IMG/VR virus record: IMGVR_UViG_3300021082_000037
Span: 1 to 48,168 of that record
DNA from: a virus
Taxonomy: Duplodnaviria > Caudoviricetes
Length of the DNA stretch: 48,168 nt
Reading direction: 5' to 3' (one strand)
The position numbers and the translations under genes are program-made. Each line of letters begins with the position of its first letter. Positions within the stretch are counted from its first letter, which is position 1. Of the stretch, positions 41,124 through 48,168 are shown piece after piece. The notes beneath the pieces were generated by a model. The model was not told the DNA's origin. It made no database searches and saw nothing but the letters and a program-made list of their open reading frames with translations.

Positions 41124-44100
41124 GGGCCGAACGGGTTCTCGACCTGACCCCCGCCCTCGTCGAAGGGACTCTCGACCTCACCGCTGTCAGCCTCGAAGGG
41201 GTTCTCGCTCTCGTCCTCGGTCTTCGAGCTTGAGGGCTTCGGCGTTCGGTCGGGGTAGCTGGAGAAGCCGAGGCCGAGGCCTCCGAGCACGACGACGGCG
41301 GCAGCTGCGACCGCTGCCTCGGTCGGGTCGCCCGGCTCATGGCCCACCTCCCAGGCATCCCGCGCCATCATCGGGATCACGTTCTTCGCCTCGCTCTGCC
41401 AGGTCACGTCCTCGCCGATGAAGGTCTTCTGGTCGAGCAGGTCCTTGAGGATGCCGGTCGTCGGCGCGAACTTGGACTCGCCGAAGCGGTAGAGGATGTC
41501 CTTGCGCGACGACTTGCCGAAGCCACCCTCCAGGTTCTGGGTCTTGCCGGTCGAAGAGGAGGTCGAGCGCCCGTACGTCTCCCGTGCGATCAGCACCATC
41601 AGCGGCCCGAACCCCGCCATCGTGTCGATCCGCGTGTCGCCGATCCGGATCTTGCCGAAGTTCGCGCTCGTCGGATCAAGGCCCACGTCCACGCCCGGCA
41701 TCTGCGCGGCGATCCCGAGGGTGGCGACGGTGCCGCCGACGGTGTGGAGCATCGCCCTCATCGCCTGCTTGGCGATGAACGGATCCTGACGCCAGAGCTT
41801 GGCGTAGTAGAAGGGGCTGATCATGTTGATCCGCGAGGCGAGCAGGCGCGGCGAGAAGAAGAGCGTGTTGAAGAACGGCGCGGCCTTCTCGAACGGGAAC
41901 AACTCGGTGTCCGGCATGATCCCCCGCCCCGTGATCGAGTTGACGTACATCCCGAGGCCCTCCAGGAACTCGTCGTTCATCACGTCGATGTTCTTCTTCT
42001 GTGCGGCGGCGAGCATGTGGTCGAACACGTCGGCTCGCATCTTGTGCAGGAAGCCTGCGTAGGCATTGGCCGAGTGCTTGACGCCGGGGATCCTGTCGGC
42101 GTAGGAGGAGTAGAACGCCTCCTCCCGGTTGGCCCAGGACGCATCGCTCGCCGAGGTGTCGACCGCCAGCTTCGCCCTCTTCATCAGCGGGTAGGTCGGC
42201 CGGGTCGCGATCTGCTCGGTCAGGTCCTCGTAGTTCTTGACCCTCAGCGACTTGACCATCGGCCCGATGTTCCGCTTGAAGATCAGCGGGTGCCGGGCAC
42301 CAGCGACGAGGCCCTGGCGCAGCGGCGCAGAGAGGTCGAGCGAGGCGGAGAGCGAGCGCGGGATGTTCCAGATCTCGACCATGATCTCGTCGAAGTGGTT
42401 GCGGTGCACCTTGCGGAAGCCGACGCTCTTGCCGAAGATCTTCTCCAGCAGGGCAAGCTCGCTCCTGGTCGGGACCTGGCCCTCCATCCCCTTGACGATG
42501 GCTCCCATGGCGCGGACCTTCTGGTAGGTGCGCGTGTGAGGGTGCAGCCTGATCGCATCGAGCAGCGCGTCCCTCACCTCGGGCGTGAGATCGGAGAGGC
42601 CGTTGTACTCCTGCTTGGGAAGCTCGCCCATCAACTCGACGAGCGCCGCCCGGTAGCCCTCCATCCCACCGCCTCCGGTGCCGAGCGCCTCCATCGCCGC
42701 TGCGGCCCGACGCCCCCGCTCCTCGGAGTAGCCAGCCTGCTGCGCCTTCCTGATGTCGGGTGCGCTCTTGAGCAGTCGCACCAGCTGCTCGGCCGGGGAC
42801 TCCGGCTTGACCAGCAGCCGGTCGAAGACCTGCTTCACCTCGGGGTGAACGAACCCACCGATCTGGTTGACGTGGACGTAGACCGCCTTCATCCAGGCGG
42901 CGATCTTCTGAAAGACGCCGTCGAGTTCGCTCTCCATCGCCATGCCGTCGTAGACGTAGCGCTCCAGCGCCCGAGCGTAGGCCTCATTCCCGGCCGTCGT
43001 CCCGAAGTCGAAGTGGCGAGCGAGGATAGCCCGGTCGACATCGCTCAGGTCGGCGATGGAGACGTGAGCAAGCTCATGGATGATCGTCGAGATGTTCGCG
43101 TTCTCGAACAGGTGGATCGCACGGGTGCCGTCGGCGAATAGCTCGGCCGCTCCGTTCGGGAGATCGGCCGGGTTCGCCGCCGTCTGGTAGTAGCGCATCG
43201 GCACGCGAGCCTTGGCCTTCGCGGCCGGGGTCATCTCGATCACGTAGCCGTCCATCGCAGTGCCGTTGCTGGTGCGCTGGATCGAGCCGTACATGTCGGC
43301 GTAGCCACCGGAGAAGATGCCCTGCTTGATCCCGCCCTGCTCGCCCATCTCCTTCTCGAACATCTCGGCGATCTCGCCCCGCGGCTTCTCGGGGCTGCCG
43401 TAGAGGCGGCGGAAGGTCTTCACCATCGGGCTGGTGTCGGCGTGGCCCTCCCAGTTGAGCCAGGCCTTGATCTCGTCCGGCCCCATCCCCTCGAAGGCTC
43501 CCATCCAGGCCTCGCGGTCGGCGGTGCGCTGCTCGTAGGTCCGGCTGAGATCGTGGAGGTTGATCACCTCGCCCTTCGGGGTGCTGCGGTAGCCGACGTT
43601 GCGGAGCGCCTGCACGTCGCCGCCGATGATGATGATCCTGTCCACGTCGGCGTCGTGAGCGAAGCGGAGGGTGCGCCGGACCGCGGCCTGCATCTGCTTC
43701 TGCCCGAGCGGCGGCGCACCGGGGACCTCGTCGTGGAACCTCTGCAGGTCCTGCTTCTGGAACCTCAGGTCCTCGATCCGGTTCTCGACCTGGTAGATGT
43801 CGCCGTCGTCGAAGGCGTCGTACTCATGCGGGTTCAGGTGGCGGTCGGCGACCTCGCGATCCAGGGCTGCGATCTGCTCCGAGATCTCGTCGATCTTGGC
43901 CCGGATCGCTGCGTGCCCACCTGCCGCCTTCAGCTTGCGCCACTCGCTGGCCCAGTCGGACTGGATCTCGTCGACGAGTAGGGCCTTCTTGCCCTCGGCA
44001 TCGACGATGATGTGGAAGCGGACGTGGGCGACAACGTCTGTCTCGCCCCGCCAGTGGGCCGCGCCCTTGCCGGAGTAGGGAGCGTTGACCCGAGGGTGAC

Positions 44101-45850
44101 CGCCCATGATCGAGCGCCGGATCTGCGTGTGCAGCGGCGTCCGCAGGCTCATCGTAAGCTCGTAGTACGGCTCGTCGAGGCTGTCCTGCCTGACCGTCAG
44201 GCCCTCGAAGTCTCCCCTCGATCCGTAGCGGGTCGGGAAGTCGAGGCTCGGGCTGGCCCTCACCGTCTCGTCCAGGTCGTAGGCGTTGAGCGAGGTGGAG
44301 AGGTGCGACTCGATAGCCGCCCTCGGGATCTTCGCCGTCTTCGGGTACTGGTCGACGAAGTCCTGCATCCCCGAGTCCTCCCACTCGGCAGGCTTGACCG
44401 CCTTCTTCAGGGTCGCCTCGGTCTGCATCCGGGTGTGGCCCTCGGCCGGGAGCTTCGCCACCGCAGCCGGGAGGTCGGCCTGGAAGATCGGCACCTCTCC
44501 CGTCCCCTCGTCGAGGTGGTGGAAGGGGACGACGGGGCTGTCGCGCAGGGCCTCTCGCGCCCACGACGCCGTGACGGTTTCGTGCCTGATCTCGTTGCTC
44601 GCATCGTCGGTGACGGTGAGCGTGAAGTCGTCGCCGCGCTTGGAGAGGATCGCGTAGTCCCCCTCGTCGGTCATGAAGTGGACCTCGTCGCCGAGGGCTG
44701 CAGTCCTGAACGCATCCTGGGGGGTGAGTGGCTTCATCGCCCCGCGCCCCGGCGCTCCCTCAACGATGCCGTAGCGGTTGCCCGGCTCGGTCTGGAACAG
44801 CGCCGTCTTCGCGCCCGGTGACGCCATGAAGTCCGCCGCGTTGGTGGCGTGAGCGGTGGTCGTCTCGTACCACTGCAGCGGGTCGTCCTTGTGCGTGTTC
44901 CGGGCGACGTTGTCGAACAGCAGCATGGCCGTGTCGGCCTGCTCCTGCCCGAGCCTCTGGGTCAGCGCGGCCCGGAAGGCGGTGCGAGCGGGGCTGTCGG
45001 GCAGGGCCTCGCCGATCTTGCCTGCCGCCTTCAGCGCCTTCGCTCCCCGGACTGCGGCCGTCAGCTTCCCGAGCGGGAGGATCCCGAGGATCCCGATGGT
45101 GAGGCCAGCCGTCTCTCCCTTCGAGTTCGGCACGTCCCCGTGCAGGGCGAGGTTGACGAGGCTCTTGCCCCAGATCTCCTCCTGCCCCTTCTCGGTGGCG
45201 AGGAACGCGGCCGTCTTGCCGACGGGGCGGACGAGCGGCTCCGCCTCTCCGGCCACCGCGCCTGCCCTCTGGATCGCGCCCGGAATCCGTGAGCGCCTGT
45301 TCGTCGCGCCCGGCTGGGACTGCTCGATGATCGAGCGCAGGATCTCGCCCGGTGCGTCGGCCACGTCACTGCCCCAGTCGCGCAGCGTCTCCGCTCCGGC
45401 CCTGCCGAGGGCCTCCCCTGTCTGGGCGATCCCGCGGCCCACGTCCTCGAACTGCACGTCGGTGCCGGGGATGAAGCGGGGCACGGAAGCGAGTCCGCCG
45501 AGGATCTTGACCCTCCGCGAGGGCGGCGGGTGGTAGACCGGCACGGCGTCGAGCCGGTTCGGCCCGGTCGGGTGCGAGATCTTGAAGCCCAGCTGCAGCC
45601 GCTCGCGAGCCTTCGTCTCCTGGGCCTGGCGCTTGCGCTTCTGCGGCACCGTCTCCTTCTTCGGCTTGCCGGTGAAGACGACGCTGCGCGGCGGAGCCTT
45701 GGTCGCACCGATGTGCTGAAGCTCGGGCGGGACGAAGATCGAGGTGGCAGCAGCGAAGGCGCGAGCGTCCGCGCTTGGCTTCTTCGGCTTCCTCTTCGGG
45801 ACCCTCTTCGCCGCCAGCTTCTCCCGAGCGGTGTCGGCGCTGTCGCCCAT
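41120..45850 (-). CDS. Large multidomain ejection (internal virion) protein
   Basis: 1576 aa; HVRF...LLVDEIQSDW motif, STIIHELAH zincin motif, FGKIRIGDTRID C-terminal region typical of large injected polyvalent proteins. Confidence 0.75.
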   Translation of the reverse strand: MGDSADTAREKLAAKRVPKRKPKKPSADARAFAAATSIFVPPELQHIGATKAPPRSVVFTGKPKKETVPQKRKRQAQETKARERLQLGFKISHPTGPNRLDAVPVYHPPPSRRVKILGGLASVPRFIPGTDVQFEDVGRGIAQTGEALGRAGAETLRDWGSDVADAPGEILRSIIEQSQPGATNRRSRIPGAIQRAGAVAGEAEPLVRPVGKTAAFLATEKGQEEIWGKSLVNLALHGDVPNSKGETAGLTIGILGILPLGKLTAAVRGAKALKAAGKIGEALPDSPARTAFRAALTQRLGQEQADTAMLLFDNVARNTHKDDPLQWYETTTAHATNAADFMASPGAKTALFQTEPGNRYGIVEGAPGRGAMKPLTPQDAFRTAALGDEVHFMTDEGDYAILSKRGDDFTLTVTDDASNEIRHETVTASWAREALRDSPVVPFHHLDEGTGEVPIFQADLPAAVAKLPAEGHTRMQTEATLKKAVKPAEWEDSGMQDFVDQYPKTAKIPRAAIESHLSTSLNAYDLDETVRASPSLDFPTRYGSRGDFEGLTVRQDSLDEPYYELTMSLRTPLHTQIRRSIMGGHPRVNAPYSGKGAAHWRGETDVVAHVRFHIIVDAEGKKALLVDEIQSDWASEWRKLKAAGGHAAIRAKIDEISEQIAALDREVADRHLNPHEYDAFDDGDIYQVENRIEDLRFQKQDLQRFHDEVPGAPPLGQKQMQAAVRRTLRFAHDADVDRIIIIGGDVQALRNVGYRSTPKGEVINLHDLSRTYEQRTADREAWMGAFEGMGPDEIKAWLNWEGHADTSPMVKTFRRLYGSPEKPRGEIAEMFEKEMGEQGGIKQGIFSGGYADMYGSIQRTSNGTAMDGYVIEMTPAAKAKARVPMRYYQTAANPADLPNGAAELFADGTRAIHLFENANISTIIHELAHVSIADLSDVDRAILARHFDFGTTAGNEAYARALERYVYDGMAMESELDGVFQKIAAWMKAVYVHVNQIGGFVHPEVKQVFDRLLVKPESPAEQLVRLLKSAPDIRKAQQAGYSEERGRRAAAAMEALGTGGGGMEGYRAALVELMGELPKQEYNGLSDLTPEVRDALLDAIRLHPHTRTYQKVRAMGAIVKGMEGQVPTRSELALLEKIFGKSVGFRKVHRNHFDEIMVEIWNIPRSLSASLDLSAPLRQGLVAGARHPLIFKRNIGPMVKSLRVKNYEDLTEQIATRPTYPLMKRAKLAVDTSASDASWANREEAFYSSYADRIPGVKHSANAYAGFLHKMRADVFDHMLAAAQKKNIDVMNDEFLEGLGMYVNSITGRGIMPDTELFPFEKAAPFFNTLFFSPRLLASRINMISPFYYAKLWRQDPFIAKQAMRAMLHTVGGTVATLGIAAQMPGVDVGLDPTSANFGKIRIGDTRIDTMAGFGPLMVLIARETYGRSTSSSTGKTQNLEGGFGKSSRKDILYRFGESKFAPTTGILKDLLDQKTFIGEDVTWQSEAKNVIPMMARDAWEVGHEPGDPTEAAVAAAAVVVLGGLGLGFSSYPDRTPKPSSSKTEDESENPFEADSGEVESPFDEGGGQVENPFGP

Positions 45851-47256
45851 TAGCTCACCCTAGGGATCCTGTACCCCTTCGGGGGATCGATGTGGGCGGA
45901 GACGATGTTGTAGGCCGCTCGCCGGATCTGGTCCTGGCTGTAGTGGAGCGCCCTCAGGTGCGGACCGATGGCGCTGACGACGCGGTACATGAAGGTGCCG
46001 AAGTACTGCTTCGAGGCGACCTGCATGAACTTCGCATAGGCAGCCTTGTACTCGTCGGTCGCCTTGTAGTCGCCCTTCTCCTTCGCGTCCCAGCCCTTGG
46101 GCGGGTTGATCCCCTTGATCCCGGCCTTGACCTTGGCGGCGGCGGTGAAGAAGGACTGCTCGCCGACCTTGTTGGCCCGAGCGACGGTGTTCGAGACGGT
46201 CGAGGGGGAGGGCGGCTTGCCTCCGCCAGGGAGCGCAGCCTGCGCTGCCCTCGCAGCCGAGGTGTCGGCGTTCTGCTGCGCGATCCCGACCCGCTGCCGG
46301 GCGATGTCGTTCCGCGCCTGCGAGAGGATCACGTTCTGCTGCTTGTACCACTGGTCGAGCGCAGCCTTCTGGGCCGTCGTCACCGCCTTCGTCTTCGCCT
46401 CCTGGTACTGGAGGTTGATCTTCTGCTGGGCCTGCTCGATCTGGATCTTCTTCAGGGTCAGGCTGGCGTCGTACTCGCGCTGATCCTGGAGCGCCTTGAT
46501 CTCGTCGGCCCTGCCACCGAGCAGCTGCTCGCGGAGCTTCGACTCGTAGTCGGTCCGGCCGCTCGTAAGCTCGCGCACCTGGCTCATCAGGCTCTCGTCG
46601 ATCTTGCCCACGTCGCCCTGGTAGGCAGCCGTCCCCTCCTGGAGGCCGCGCAGGTTCAGCGCCCGGCCCTGGTCGGCGAGGGCCTCGCGGTCGACGGCAC
46701 CCATCCGGGTGAAGTACTCGGCCGGGAGGAAGCCGCCGCGGTACTGCTCGACCCCCGCCTGCGAGCGAGCGTCGAAGCCGGTGCCGCCAGCGCCGACACG
46801 CGCCAGCGCCTGCTCCTGGGTGGCGAGGTCGGCGGCGAGAGCGTCCGAGATCCCGCCGGTCGTCGCGCCAGCGAGGCCCGAGAGCGTCTGCCCGGCCTGC
46901 TCCCAGCCAGCCTGTGCGCCAGCGCCCATGCCTGCGTTCGCCTGGGCTGCCTGCTGGTAGGCGTTCTGGAGCGCGATCTGTCTCCCCTCGGCTGCCTTGC
47001 GGAGAGACGCGGCCTCCTGCTCCAGGGTGGTCTTCTGCCTCGCGAACGTCTCGTCCGCCATCTTCCGCACCCGCGCCTCGATCTGGGCCGGAGTCTCGAT
47101 CAGCGGCGTCGTCGCGTTCTGCGAGGTGTTCTTGGCGACGACCTTGACCGTCGGCTTCGGGACCGTGTAGTAGCCCTGCCCCGCCTTGTACCTGATCTCC
47201 GATCCAGCCGGGACCTTGACCTGATCGCGGTAGCGGTTGAAGTTGGCGAGGGCCAT
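45850..47256 (-). CDS. Ejection / internal virion protein
   Basis: 468 aa Ala/Gln-rich helical protein; position. Confidence 0.65.
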   Translation of the reverse strand: MALANFNRYRDQVKVPAGSEIRYKAGQGYYTVPKPTVKVVAKNTSQNATTPLIETPAQIEARVRKMADETFARQKTTLEQEAASLRKAAEGRQIALQNAYQQAAQANAGMGAGAQAGWEQAGQTLSGLAGATTGGISDALAADLATQEQALARVGAGGTGFDARSQAGVEQYRGGFLPAEYFTRMGAVDREALADQGRALNLRGLQEGTAAYQGDVGKIDESLMSQVRELTSGRTDYESKLREQLLGGRADEIKALQDQREYDASLTLKKIQIEQAQQKINLQYQEAKTKAVTTAQKAALDQWYKQQNVILSQARNDIARQRVGIAQQNADTSAARAAQAALPGGGKPPSPSTVSNTVARANKVGEQSFFTAAAKVKAGIKGINPPKGWDAKEKGDYKATDEYKAAYAKFMQVASKQYFGTFMYRVVSAIGPHLRALHYSQDQIRRAAYNIVSAHIDPPKGYRIPRVS

Positions 47257-48168
47257 CAGCCCAGCCCGTAGAGCCGGTTCATCGCCTCACTGCGGAGCCG
47301 GAGCGCTCGCTCCCAGGGCTGCTCGACCTTCGGCTTCGGCTTCGGAGCGGCAGCGGCAGGCCGGGCGACAGGGACGGGAACCGGAGCGGGTGTGTCGTAG
47401 ACCGTCTGCGTCTGCTCGGGGATCGCGTCCTGCCACTGGGCCGGGTACTGAGCGGCCAGCCGTGCGGCGGCGCTCGCTCGCGCATTGGCGATGGCGTCAC
47501 GGATCTGCTGCCCGACGGTGGTCAGGTCGCTGAGGCCCTGCTCCGCTCCGCCCGTGAAGGTGCGCCCGGCCGAGTAGTCGGCAAGCTCGCGAGCTTCGAG
47601 GGCGCGGCGGGTGGCCTCGGTGTTCGCACCCGAGAAGGTGAGGCCGCGAGCACCGAGACGCGCTCGCTGGTTGGCGAGGCCCTTCGTCATCGCTGCCAGG
47701 TTCTGAGCGGTCTGGGAGAACTTGTTCGCCTTCGCCGCCTCGATGGTCGGGTCGTCGATGTAGGAGCGGTACTTCTGGTCGAGCTTGTCGACATCGCCGC
47801 CGTAGTCGATGAAGGCCCGGCGCAGCGCCAGCTGGAACTGGGCCTCGGCCGCGGACTGCTTCTCCTTGCCGCTCGCCTCCGCGCCGGTCACCTCCCAGTC
47901 GGTCGGGATCCACTGCGAGTAGTCCTGGGTGATCCACTTCCCCGGCTGGGCCGGAGCGGTGACCACCGTCCGGGGCACCACCGGCTGGTCCACGTAGGGA
48001 GCGGACGGATTGGCAGCTGTCCCCGGCACGTCGTAGCCGAAGCCGGACATGTCGTTCGCGTTCGTCGCAGCCCCCCAGCCGGGGTTCGTCGGCTTGTAGG
48101 TGGTCGACCCCGGCACGTTCAGAGGCTTCACCGGAGCGACGTTCCCCAGGTAGTAGTAGGGGCTGCTC
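47256..48168 (-). CDS. Ejection / internal virion protein (starts at 43 across the junction)
   Basis: ARLGARGLTFSG motif common in podovirus ejection proteins; open frame to the window end. Confidence 0.7.
   Translation of the reverse strand, partial: SSPYYYLGNVAPVKPLNVPGSTTYKPTNPGWGAATNANDMSGFGYDVPGTAANPSAPYVDQPVVPRTVVTAPAQPGKWITQDYSQWIPTDWEVTGAEASGKEKQSAAEAQFQLALRRAFIDYGGDVDKLDQKYRSYIDDPTIEAAKANKFSQTAQNLAAMTKGLANQRARLGARGLTFSGANTEATRRALEARELADYSAGRTFTGGAEQGLSDLTTVGQQIRDAIANARASAAARLAAQYPAQWQDAIPEQTQTVYDTPAPVPVPVARPAAAAPKPKPKVEQPWERALRLRSEAMNRLYGLG

Noticed and set aside
41120-45850. Virion RNA polymerase (N4/crAss-like) to explain the hairpin promoters
   Set aside because: No recognisable DxDGD/DFDxD or T7-type polymerase motifs; promoters have host-type -10 boxes.
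29408-47271. Long opposite-strand ORFs (29408-30730, 29544-31163, 36116-37531, 41339-43141, 45775-47271)
   Set aside because: Shadow frames of well-supported genes on the other strand.

Overview
The window looks like a complete, circularly closed genome (48,157 bp unit plus an 11-nt terminal overlap) of a GC-rich tailed phage. It has a podovirus-type layout (portal, adaptor, nozzle, fibres, ejection proteins; no tape measure or tail tube recognisable). The host is probably in Actinomycetota, inferred from GC content, TANNNT -10 boxes, leaderless starts and actinophage-type gene families. Virion, packaging and lysis genes run on the minus strand from 23302 down to 1 and wrap to 48168-40515. 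About 45 mostly small early and replication genes run on the plus strand from 23880 to 40472. I could not identify an integrase, DNA polymerase, helicase, reverse transcriptase, CRISPR array or complete tRNA gene. The most striking content is non-coding and lies in the early region. (1) Two diverged copies of a 300-460 nt structured leader RNA with compensatory base changes, each behind an identical promoter-like TTCGGA-N17-TAGGAT. (2) Eight related intergenic hairpin modules. (3) A tRNA-like mini-domain. (4) Seventeen copies of the extended RBS motif (A/T/C)CACGGAGG(T/A), 16 of which match the CsrA/RsmE-site consensus and several of which show GGAG in a hairpin loop. (5) A further ~410 nt structured non-coding segment with CANGGA motifs. 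In contrast, several late transcription units appear leaderless. Together these suggest an uncharacterised RNA-based regulatory system for early genes. All product names come from motif recognition by eye, not database searches.
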